Shown: one piece after another, positions 1 to 8,218 of the stretch | Numbering within the stretch: position 1 is the first letter of the stretch | Layout of the letters: the number at the start of each line of letters is the position of its first letter | From: Meiothermus sp. | GTDB lineage: Bacteria > Deinococcota > Deinococci > Deinococcales > Thermaceae | Assembly (NCBI GenBank): GCA_033762915.1 | Contig: JANRLD010000044.1 | Span: 1 to 43,462 of the forward strand | Direction: 5' to 3' | DNA: 43,462 nucleotides | Notes under the pieces: model-generated | The model's input: the letters and a program-made list of their open reading frames with translations, nothing else | The model's database searches: none | What the model was told of the DNA's origin: nothing | Program-made: the position numbers and the translations under genes

Positions 1-27
1 CGGCGCGGAAGTGGACGCGCTGCTCAT
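1..27 (-). CDS. livF: Probable start of branched-chain amino-acid ABC ATPase (LivF); runs off the window
   Basis: ATG at 27-25 overlaps the livG TGA (ATGA coupling); only 9 codons (MSSASTSAP) visible, so the call rests on operon position. Confidence 0.5.
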
Positions 28-830
28 GCCTTACCCCCCAGGTGGCTGTCGCCCGCGGTGCCCGCCGCACCCTTGCCCAGATATGCCTCGATCACCTTGG
101 GGTTGTTGCGGATCTCGTCCGGGAGCCCCTCGGCAATCTTGGAACCGTACTCGAGCACCGAGATCCGGTCCGAAATGCTCATCACCATGCTCATGTCGTG
201 CTCGATCAGCACGATGGTCATGCCCAGGTCTTTGCGCAGCCGGCGCACATCCTGCTTGAGCTGCTCGGTCTCCTGGGGGTTCATGCCAGCGGCGGGCTCG
301 TCGAGGAAGAGCAGCTTGGGCTCCAGGGCCAGCGCCCGCGCAATCTCCAGGCGGCGCTGCTCGCCGTAGGAGAGGCTGGTGGCCAGCTCGCCGGACCGCC
401 TGGCCAACCCCATGTAATCCAGCAGCTCCATGCAGCGCTCTTTGGCCTTCTTCTCGGCGGCCAGGTGGCGCGAGGTACGGAACATGGCATCAAAGTAGCC
501 CGAGTGGGTGTGGCGGTGATGGCCGATCAGTACGTTCTCGAGCACGTTCATGGCCTTGAACAGGCGGATGTTCTGGAAGGTGCGCCCGATCCCCGCGGCG
601 GCCACCTTGTCGGGCGAGTGGCCCGAGATGTCCTTGCCGAAGAACTGCACGCTGCCCACATCGGGCTTGTAGATGCCGGTCAGCAGGTTGAAGAAGGTGG
701 TCTTGCCCGCGCCGTTGGGGCCGATGACCGAGAAGATTTCCTGTGGCCTGACCTCCATGCTCACGTCGTTGACCGCCACCAAGCCACCGAACTTCTTGGT
801 GACGTTCTGAGCTACCAGCGCCGCGCTCAT
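24..830 (-). CDS. livG: Branched-chain amino-acid ABC transporter ATP-binding protein
   Basis: Walker A GPNGAGKT, RTFQNIRLF, LSYGEQRRLEIARAL, LLFLDEPAAG, IEHDM; start reassigned to MSAALV (ATGA overlap with livM stop). Confidence 0.93.
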   Translation of the reverse strand: MSAALVAQNVTKKFGGLVAVNDVSMEVRPQEIFSVIGPNGAGKTTFFNLLTGIYKPDVGSVQFFGKDISGHSPDKVAAAGIGRTFQNIRLFKAMNVLENVLIGHHRHTHSGYFDAMFRTSRHLAAEKKAKERCMELLDYMGLARRSGELATSLSYGEQRRLEIARALALEPKLLFLDEPAAGMNPQETEQLKQDVRRLRKDLGMTIVLIEHDMSMVMSISDRISVLEYGSKIAEGLPDEIRNNPKVIEAYLGKGAAGTAGDSHLGGKA

Positions 831-2368
831 GCCTTGCCTCCCTTGGAGCTGGCCTCGAGCCGCGCCTCCTGGTCCTCGATCTGGTGTCGCTGCTCGGGTA
901 TTAGCCCCTGCGGTCGGAAGATCATCATCAGCACCAGAATAATCCCGAAGATCAGCCGCTCGTACTTGGTGGGCTCGAGCTGGCTGGGCAGGGTGGCCAG
1001 GTTGTAGCCGGTCAGGCGGAAAAGGATCAGACCGGCTAGGATGCCGATGGCGATCTTGGCGTAGATCGGCATCCGCAACAGCCACAGCCCCAGCAGAATC
1101 AGTACGGCCACAACGATCGTGAAGAGCGGCGAGATTACCAGCCCCTCCTGCCGCCAGGTGTTGAGTTGGCCGGAGATGTTTTTAAGGATGTCGAGGTTGA
1201 GGATGATCAGGGTGGTGGTGCCCAGAATCACGCCCTGGATCGAGCCCATCCCGCCCATCACTACATAGCTCATGATGACCACCGAGGCCAGTAGGGTGAA
1301 GGACTCGGGGCTCACGAAGGTGCGCTGCGAGGCGAAGATCACCCCCATAGCGCCGGAAAAAGCCGCGCCGGTCATGAAGGCGATCAGCTTGGTCTGGAGC
1401 ATCGGCACGCCCATCGCCTTGGCGGCGATCTCGTCCTCGCGGATGGCCACCCAGGCCCGCCCATACCTCGAGTTGTTGAGGTTGATGTTGACCACCACGA
1501 TCAGCGCGATGATGATCAGCACCAGCAGGTAGAAAAATATCTGGTAGTGGAGCTGCTCAGGCACCCCGAAGCCGCTCAGCATATCGCTGAACCAGCCCAG
1601 CGGGGGCCGCGTCACCGGGGTGATCCCCAGGGCCCCGTTGGTGATATTGACCGGCTTGTTGAGGTTGTTGGCGACGACGCGCACCACCTCGCCCAGGCCC
1701 AGGGTCACCACCGCCAGGTAGTCGCCGCGCAGCCTTAGGGCCGGGAGGCCGATCAGCAGGCCGGTGATGGCGGTGGTGATGATGGCGATGAAGAAGAAGG
1801 CGTAAATCCACACCCCGTTGAGCGGGAAGCCGCCCCCGGCGATGAACTGGTTGGCCTGGGCCGAGCCGAAGATGGCCCAGGTGTAGGCCCCGATGGCGAA
1901 GAAGGCTGCGTAACCCAGGTCCAGGAGGCCGGCCTGGCCCACCACGATGTTGAGGCCCAGCGCCATCGCCGAGTAGATGGCGATCTGGATGGCCAGCTCG
2001 AAGTAGAAGGAGTTGGCGAAGCCAAAGATGAACATCCCCACCAGCAGGATGAACCCGCCCAGCACCGCCTTAAACCAGTTGGGGGCCTTGAGCGTGACCG
2101 CCGCCACCAGGGTCAGCACCATGATGATGAAGTACCAGTCGTTGTGGGTCTCGAGGCGGATGCCCACACAGGTCGCGATGGTGGTGAACGCCAGGATTAG
2201 CATCTTGGCGCTCTGGGAGATGTGCTGGTAGACCGCACAGCCCAGCAGCAGGCCCACCGCCAGCGCGGCAAACACCCCCCCGACGGTGGGCAGCAGGAGC
2301 GCCGAGAGCAGCGCCAGGCCGATGGGCACGTAGATATTGGAGCGTTGGGACTCGAGCAGGGTCATCAT
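827..2368 (-). CDS. livM: Branched-chain amino-acid ABC transporter permease
   Basis: GLNIVVGQAGLLDLGYAAFFAIGAY, LRLRGDYLAVVTLGLGE, GRAWVAIREDEIAA, FRPQGL motifs. Confidence 0.93.
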   Translation of the reverse strand: MMTLLESQRSNIYVPIGLALLSALLLPTVGGVFAALAVGLLLGCAVYQHISQSAKMLILAFTTIATCVGIRLETHNDWYFIIMVLTLVAAVTLKAPNWFKAVLGGFILLVGMFIFGFANSFYFELAIQIAIYSAMALGLNIVVGQAGLLDLGYAAFFAIGAYTWAIFGSAQANQFIAGGGFPLNGVWIYAFFFIAIITTAITGLLIGLPALRLRGDYLAVVTLGLGEVVRVVANNLNKPVNITNGALGITPVTRPPLGWFSDMLSGFGVPEQLHYQIFFYLLVLIIIALIVVVNINLNNSRYGRAWVAIREDEIAAKAMGVPMLQTKLIAFMTGAAFSGAMGVIFASQRTFVSPESFTLLASVVIMSYVVMGGMGSIQGVILGTTTLIILNLDILKNISGQLNTWRQEGLVISPLFTIVVAVLILLGLWLLRMPIYAKIAIGILAGLILFRLTGYNLATLPSQLEPTKYERLIFGIILVLMMIFRPQGLIPEQRHQIEDQEARLEASSKGGKA

Positions 2369-2370
2369 GG

Positions 2371-3357
2371 CTACACCTTCTCGCTGACTTGCTGGCCCAG
2401 CAGGCCCTGAGGACGGAAGAGCAGCAAGAGGATCAGGACCAGGAAGGCGATCACGTCCTTGTACTCGGTGCCCAGCACGTTGTTGGTGAGGATCGGTAGG
2501 AAGACCCCGCCCAGGGTCTCGAGCTGCGCCAGCACCAGCCCGCCCACCATGGCCCCGCTCAGGTTACCGATGCCGCCCAGCACCGCAGCCGTAAACGCCT
2601 TAAGGCCGGGCAGGAAGCCCACGTACGGCGAGATGGTGGGGAACAGGATCGCCCACAGCACTCCGCCCACCCCACCCATCGCCCCGCCAATCAGGAAGGT
2701 ACGAGAGATGATGGTGTCGGGGTTGATGCCCATCAGGCTGGCGGTGACCCGGTCCTGGGCCACGGCCCGGATGGCGGTGCCCAGCTTGGTACGGTTGACC
2801 AGGTACAACAGGCCGCCCAGCATGATCAGCGAGGCCACGATCACCACGATGGCCCCGATCTTGATCGAGATCAGCGGAAAGTCCGCGCCCGGCGGGAAGC
2901 TCAGCACGCTCTCGAAGACCGGTGCGCTGCGGAACTGGAGGAAGAACTGGTTGTGCCAGATCGCCTCGATCAGACGCACCACGTCCTGGATAATGAAGGA
3001 GACCCCGATGGTGGTGATCATGGGGATCAGGGTGGAATTGCCGCCGCGCATGCGGATCGGCCGGTAGGCCATGCGCTCGGCCAGCATGTTCACCCCGCCC
3101 GCAATCAGGGCCGCCAGCACGAAGGCGATGAGCAGCACCAGCCAGGGGTTCCAGCCCCAGTCCGGGTTGCCCATGTAGCGGAAGACCTCCACCCCCACCA
3201 CTGCCCCCACCATGAACACGTCGGAGTGGGCGAAGTTAACCAGCTCTAGGACCCCGTACACCATCGTGTAACCCAGCGCGATCATGGCGTACACGAAACC
3301 CAACACCAGGCCATCCAAGATGACCTGGGGAAGAACCTGTAGAATTGCCTCGAGCAC
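2371..3357 (-). CDS. livH: Branched-chain amino-acid ABC transporter permease
   Basis: GFVYAMIALGYTMVYG..VNFAHS, KAFTAAVLGGIG, FRPQGLLG; GTG start after AGGAGGA RBS. Confidence 0.93.
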   Translation of the reverse strand: MLEAILQVLPQVILDGLVLGFVYAMIALGYTMVYGVLELVNFAHSDVFMVGAVVGVEVFRYMGNPDWGWNPWLVLLIAFVLAALIAGGVNMLAERMAYRPIRMRGGNSTLIPMITTIGVSFIIQDVVRLIEAIWHNQFFLQFRSAPVFESVLSFPPGADFPLISIKIGAIVVIVASLIMLGGLLYLVNRTKLGTAIRAVAQDRVTASLMGINPDTIISRTFLIGGAMGGVGGVLWAILFPTISPYVGFLPGLKAFTAAVLGGIGNLSGAMVGGLVLAQLETLGGVFLPILTNNVLGTEYKDVIAFLVLILLLLFRPQGLLGQQVSEKV

Positions 3358-3631
3358 TTCTCCTCCTACACCGCCTTGACATTAGCCAGACCCCAAGAGC
3401 CTACCCACTAACGCCAAATAATTCTAGGGGGCGGCGGGCCAAAAACTGTTATATGAATACGTGACCTCGCACGCCGGGTGCTTTTCCCCCAGTATTTCTG
3501 CACTTTGTTTGGACTGATTTGGAAAGGCGTGAGTTTAGCGGGGCTCGAGCCCTCAACACGAAGGGCGAAACTCTCGACCCCGCGCCCGAGGCTAGACCCC
3601 CGATGCGTCGCTGGCGTAGCATAGACCCCAT

Positions 3632-5353
3632 ATGACCGTCAGCCGTTACTACGACGTCAAGCGCGACGAGCGGGGCAAGCGCTACCTCGAGCCTTTCGTG
3701 AAGGGCTCGCTGCTGCTGGGGCTGCCGCTTTTGAATAAAGGCACCGCCTATACCCACGAGGAACGCCGGGCGCTGCTGCTCGAGGGGCTGCTGCCCCCGC
3801 ACGTGACCAGCCTCGAAGAGCAGAAGGAGCGCAACTACCGGCGTTACCGGCTGATCGAGAACGACCTCGAGAAGCACATCTTCCTGCGCGGCCTGCAGGA
3901 CCGCAACGAGGTGCTGTTCTTCGCCCTCTTCGCCGACCACATGGCCGAGATGCTGCCCATCCTCTACACCCCCACGGTCGGCGAGGCGGTCAAGCAGTTC
4001 TCGCACATCTACCGCTACCCGCGCGGCTTCGCGGCCTCCACGGACAACATCGGCGAGTTGGACGAGGCGCTGGGCAACACCCCCATCAACGACGTGCGCC
4101 TGGCCGTCGCCACCGACTCCTCAGCGATTCTGGGCATCGGCGACCAGGGCTTCGGCGGGCTGGCGATCTCGATTGGGAAGCTGGCCATCTACACTGCGGC
4201 TGGAGGACTGGGGCCGGACAAGGCCCTGCCCATCGAGCTGGACGTGGGCACCAACCGCGCCGACCTGATCAACGACTCGCTGTACCTGGGCGTGCGCCAC
4301 CGCCGCCTGACGGGCGAGGAGTACTACGCCTTCATGGACAGGTTCGTAGCGGCGTTCAAGAAGCGCTTCCCCAATGCGGTGATGCAGTGGGAGGACTTCG
4401 GCAAGGACACCGCCTTCACAGTCCTCGAGCGCTACCGCCAGGTGCTGCCCTCCTTCAACGACGACATCCAGGGCACCGGGGCGGTCACACTGGCCGGGGT
4501 GCTCTCGGCTTGCCGCATCAAGGGCGAGAAGCTCTCCGACCAGCGGATTCTGGTCTACGGGGCGGGAGCGGGCGGGGCGGGCGTGGCCCAGGCCATGGTG
4601 GACGGCCTAATGCGTGAGGGGCTGAGCGAGGCCGAGGCCCTGGCACGGGTCTACACCCTCGACTCCAAAGGCCTGCTGCTCAACAACCGCAGCATGGAGG
4701 AGTACAAGCTGAAGTTCGCCAGAGACCCCTCGGCCATTGAGGGCTGGGCGCTCTCCGGTTCTGTCCCCACCCTCTACGAGACCATCGTCAACGCCAGGAT
4801 CACTGTGCTGCTGGGTCTGTCGGGCCAGCCGGGCTCTTTCACTGAGCCGATCGTGCAGGCCACCCAGGCCAACTCCGAACACCCCGTGATCTTCCCGCTC
4901 TCCAACCCCACCTCCTCCTCCGAGGCCATCCCCGAGGAGATCCTGCGCTGGACAAGCGGCAATGCCCTGGTGGCAGCCGGCAGCCCCTTCGCCTCGGTCG
5001 AGTTGGGCGGCAAGACCTACCCTATCGGCCAGGGCAACAACGCCTTCATCTTCCCCGGCCTGGGCTTCGGGACAGTGCTCTCCAAGGCGCGGGAGGTCTC
5101 GGACAAGATGGTGCTCGAGGCGTCTTACGCACTCTACGACTACACCACAAGGCACCACCCCGGCCGCGTCTATCCCCCCACCTCCGAGTTGCGCGAGGTC
5201 AGTCAGTACGTGGCGGCAAGGGTCATCCGGCAGGCCATCAAGGAAGGGTTGGCCAAAGAAGAGCGCATCCTCAGCCTCGGCACCGACGCCATCCAAGCCT
5301 ATGTGGCTGAGCGCTTCTGGCAGCCCAAGTATCTGCCGTTTAAGGTCGGGTAG
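3632..5353 (+). CDS. maeA: NAD-dependent malic enzyme
   Basis: [65 protein letters not shown]. Confidence 0.93.
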   Translation: MTVSRYYDVKRDERGKRYLEPFVKGSLLLGLPLLNKGTAYTHEERRALLLEGLLPPHVTSLEEQKERNYRRYRLIENDLEKHIFLRGLQDRNEVLFFALFADHMAEMLPILYTPTVGEAVKQFSHIYRYPRGFAASTDNIGELDEALGNTPINDVRLAVATDSSAILGIGDQGFGGLAISIGKLAIYTAAGGLGPDKALPIELDVGTNRADLINDSLYLGVRHRRLTGEEYYAFMDRFVAAFKKRFPNAVMQWEDFGKDTAFTVLERYRQVLPSFNDDIQGTGAVTLAGVLSACRIKGEKLSDQRILVYGAGAGGAGVAQAMVDGLMREGLSEAEALARVYTLDSKGLLLNNRSMEEYKLKFARDPSAIEGWALSGSVPTLYETIVNARITVLLGLSGQPGSFTEPIVQATQANSEHPVIFPLSNPTSSSEAIPEEILRWTSGNALVAAGSPFASVELGGKTYPIGQGNNAFIFPGLGFGTVLSKAREVSDKMVLEASYALYDYTTRHHPGRVYPPTSELREVSQYVAARVIRQAIKEGLAKEERILSLGTDAIQAYVAERFWQPKYLPFKVG

Positions 5354-5378
5354 AGGCAAGCCTTCCGTTGAGTCGGAG

Positions 5379-5438
5379 TTTTCGGCCCCGGTCTGGGCGT
5401 CCCCAGGCCCATTCTCTGATGGGCGGTCGGGCCGAAAA
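5379..5438. terminator. Hairpin between convergent genes, possible bidirectional terminator
   Basis: TTTTCGGCCC (5379-5388) and GGGCCGAAAA (5429-5438) are inverted repeats. Confidence 0.4.
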
Positions 5439-5553
5439 CGCTGTTCCCCGATCCCTAAGTTGCGCTAGGGTCATGCACCACGATGGCCAAACCCGGAGGG
5501 CGAAAATGCTCTCCCTCGCCCCTCACTGGCCACGCACCCTCAGCCGCCCGCGC

Positions 5554-6225
5554 CTACGGATCGAGCGCGGTCTGGGTTGACACCAGGCTCAGGTGCGAGA
5601 CGTCCGGCGGCTGCATCCACAGGGTGTGGTCGCGCAACTCGAAGCGGATCAGTGCGCAGTTGGGCAGCAGCACCGCCCCGTGGAAGGCGAACATCTGCCG
5701 CATAGTGGCCTGGGAGATTTCGCTCGAGCCGCGCAGCAGTTGCCAGATCATGGCCTTCATGAACAGGCCGTGCGAGTAGACCACGGTCAGGCCGGGCTCG
5801 GCCTTGTGCATGGCCCCGATGGCCCAGTCGGCCCGGGCCATCAACTGACGGAAGCTCTCCGCGCCCTCGCCGTCGTGGTAGTCGGGGTCGGCGGCCTCCC
5901 AGTAGGCCCGCACTTTGGGCTCGCGCTCCTCGGCGTTGGAGTTGTTGCGGTTGCGGTAGGACAGCTCGACAAACTCCTGCACCGGCCACTGGGCCTGAGG
6001 GAGGCCAGGAAAACGCTCCAAGAGTGGCTGCGCGGTCTGCCCCGTCCGCACGAAGGAGGTGGTGATTACCCGGTCGGGGGCCTGCTTAAAAATCTGCGCG
6101 GTGGCCCTGGCTTGCTGCCAGCCCAACTCGGTCAGCACGGGCGCAGCCGCGTTGGCGGTGCGTGCGCCCGCGTTGGAGTCGGACTCGCCGTGGCGAATCC
6201 ACCAGATGTGTTGGGCCTCGCTCAT
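5554..6225 (-). CDS. Histidine phosphatase family protein (phosphoglycerate mutase-like)
   Basis: WIRHGES catalytic motif, LTELGWQQA, GAESF, VYSHG; TATGAT box 7 nt upstream of ATG 6225 supports this start. Confidence 0.88.
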   Translation of the reverse strand: MSEAQHIWWIRHGESDSNAGARTANAAAPVLTELGWQQARATAQIFKQAPDRVITTSFVRTGQTAQPLLERFPGLPQAQWPVQEFVELSYRNRNNSNAEEREPKVRAYWEAADPDYHDGEGAESFRQLMARADWAIGAMHKAEPGLTVVYSHGLFMKAMIWQLLRGSSEISQATMRQMFAFHGAVLLPNCALIRFELRDHTLWMQPPDVSHLSLVSTQTALDP

Positions 6226-6236
6226 CAGGCGAATCA

Positions 6237-6290
6237 TACAGCGGATTCCAGTCCTGGCCTGGCAAAAACCCTGGGGTCGAAATCCGTCCC
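6237..6290. repeat. Degenerate copy of TA-flanked hairpin element (family 1)
   Basis: Starts TACAGCGGATTCC like the 29771 copy; imperfect stem around GCAAAAACC (6262-6270). Confidence 0.4.
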
Positions 6291-6400
6291 CGCCACGTTT
6301 GCGGGGACGACGTGGCCGGAATCACCTCGAGCAGCGCCGCATGGCACTGAGCCTCGCAGGTCATGCGCAGGGCACGAAGGGCTGTGCGAACGTGAGGGCC

Positions 6401-6600
6401 TATCGCGTTGCCCCCCAATACCTCCCTCGCGGCAGCAGGTAATGTACTCCCTTTCGCGTTTCCCACCACTACTCCGCCCAACGCGCGGAGTAGTGCACTC
6501 GGTACGGCAAAAACCGCCATACCGAGTGTTCGTGGCAACCGCTCTACAGCAAAAACCGCCCGCTTTAGCGCCGTAGGGAGTATGCGTGGGAACCGCTCTA
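6401..6600. mobile_element. TA-flanked MITE/REP-like element (family 1) containing a nested second copy at about 6453-6546
   Basis: Left end TATCGCGTTGCCC, right end GTGGGAACCGCTCTA; colinear with 14805-14900 once the internal TTCGCGTTTCCCAC...GTGGCAACCGCTCTA segment is removed. Confidence 0.7.
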
Positions 6601-6689
6601 TACAAGCAAAGCAGGCAAGTTGTATGGGCAAAAACGCGGAATTCTAAGCCAGGGTAGGCCTGCGCGATGGGCGGCAACCGTGAAGACCC

Positions 6690-7916
6690 TCACACCAGCT
6701 TGACGGCCTCACCGAAGGGGAATTCCTCCACATTCAGCCCGCCCGGCGAGACCACCCACAGCGTCGGGAGTTCCGGTGCAGACGGCGGGAAATCCCCAAA
6801 TCCGTCGGTCAGGTAGATCATCACACCCCCCAGGTGCGGCTCGTGGTGATCGGCGACTTGAGCGAAAAAGGGGCGGAAGTCGGTGCCGCCGCCGCCCTGT
6901 GGGGCGGGCACCTCGGCGTCGGGCTTGAGCGGGTAGGGGCCGTAGACGGCGGCGTCGGCATAGTAGAGCCAGGCATCGAGGTGCGGGTAGGCCCGCAGAA
7001 TCCCGTTGAGCTCGGACATGAACTGTCCCACCGCCGCCTCGTCAATCGAGCCTGAGGTGTCTATGCAGATGTACACCCGCAGGTTCTCGCCCTCGAGCGC
7101 CTCCAGGTACCAGCCGCGCCCCACGTGCCGCCGGTCGTAGCCCGCGAAGTCGGTGGGGGTACGCACCAAAAAGCGCCACAGCACCGTCTTCCAGTCGAGC
7201 TGCGGCGCGCCAACCAGCCCGAAGGCCCGCTCCACCCCGGCGGGCAGGTCGCCCTTGCCCAGCCCCCGCGCCACTGCCTGGGCCTGCTGCACGGCCTGCT
7301 TCCAGCGCTTCTCCAGCTCGGCCTTCTCGGCCTCACCCATCGAGTCGCCCTGCGCCAGGTTCTTCTCGCGCTTTTTCTTTTTCTCTTTGCCTCCCTCTTC
7401 CCTCTTCCCCTTTCCCTCTTCTCCGTCTTCGGCGTCGTCGGGAGGGGCGTCGAGCAGGTCCACAAAGACCAGCTGGGGCTGTTGCTGCTCTCTGGGCAGC
7501 AGGGCGTAGACCTCCTCGACGGCGTACTTCTCGAGCTGGGTGTTGCGGATGTGCCCCTCCGGCAGGGTGAATCCGTTCTCCATCAGGATGCCGTTGATCA
7601 CGATGTCAGCGGCGATGTTCCAGCCCTGGGGGTCGCGCTGGCTGCGGCGCGGCACGTGGGCCAGCGCGGCGTGCAGCACCTCATGCAGCATCACCCCGTC
7701 GAAGTCGGAGTCGGAGAGGGCGCCCATGAAGTTGGGGTTGTAGAACACGTCCCGCCCGTCGGTGGCGGCGGTGGGCATCTCCAAGGTCGGCCTGTACCGC
7801 GCGAACAGGGCCAGCGTGGCGAAGAACGGCGACTTTATCCGCAGCCGCAAGAGCGAGGCGGAGATGCGGGGCTCGAGGTTGGGGACGGGGGGGGTTTGGG
7901 GGGCGGGGTCGGGCAT
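6690..7916 (-). CDS. HExxH metallopeptidase-like N-domain plus vWA domain protein (DUF2201-like)
   Basis: PFFATL, TAATDG, LHEVLH zinc motif, WNIAADIVIN, charged linker, MIDAS motif IDTSGS, GGGGTDF, YLTDGFG. Confidence 0.88.
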   Translation of the reverse strand: MPDPAPQTPPVPNLEPRISASLLRLRIKSPFFATLALFARYRPTLEMPTAATDGRDVFYNPNFMGALSDSDFDGVMLHEVLHAALAHVPRRSQRDPQGWNIAADIVINGILMENGFTLPEGHIRNTQLEKYAVEEVYALLPREQQQPQLVFVDLLDAPPDDAEDGEEGKGKREEGGKEKKKKREKNLAQGDSMGEAEKAELEKRWKQAVQQAQAVARGLGKGDLPAGVERAFGLVGAPQLDWKTVLWRFLVRTPTDFAGYDRRHVGRGWYLEALEGENLRVYICIDTSGSIDEAAVGQFMSELNGILRAYPHLDAWLYYADAAVYGPYPLKPDAEVPAPQGGGGTDFRPFFAQVADHHEPHLGGVMIYLTDGFGDFPPSAPELPTLWVVSPGGLNVEEFPFGEAVKLV

Positions 7917-7984
7917 AGAGGCTAGTGAAGGGTAGAAGGAGGAGGTCAAAAGTGGAGGCCACCAAATTTCAGAACCACTTAACT

Positions 7985-8155
7985 TGTCTTCCTGAGCGTT
8001 AGCGAAGCGAAGTCGTAGTTTGCGAAGGATCTCTGAAGGGCCAACACTCGCCCACTCAATGCTGCCGACAGACTGACACTACCGACATCAAGTAAAGGAG
8101 TCTTTCGCAGTGATAGATTCTTCGCTACGCAAAAGGCGCGTCGCTCAAAAAGACA
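7985..8155. repeat. REP-like palindromic intergenic element
   Basis: TGTCTTCCTGAGCG...GCGAAGGATCT (7985-8032) pairs with AGATTCTTCGC...CGCTCAAAAAGACA (8115-8155). Confidence 0.65.
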
Positions 8156-8218
8156 ACGGTTTGGGTGGTTTGGCCCTTGGCGGCTGGGGTCAGGGTCGTG
8201 TGCTGTTTCGGCTTTTGC

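Noticed and set aside
3360..3630. Missing livJ/livK or a leader riboswitch upstream of livH
   Set aside because: No recognisable aptamer; binding-protein genes are often unlinked or may lie beyond the window edge
6401..6600. Possible CRISPR array, attC site or retron msr-msd
   Set aside because: No regular repeat-spacer period, no RYYYAAC/GTTRRRY ends, no cas, integrase or reverse transcriptase nearby; explained by nested elements
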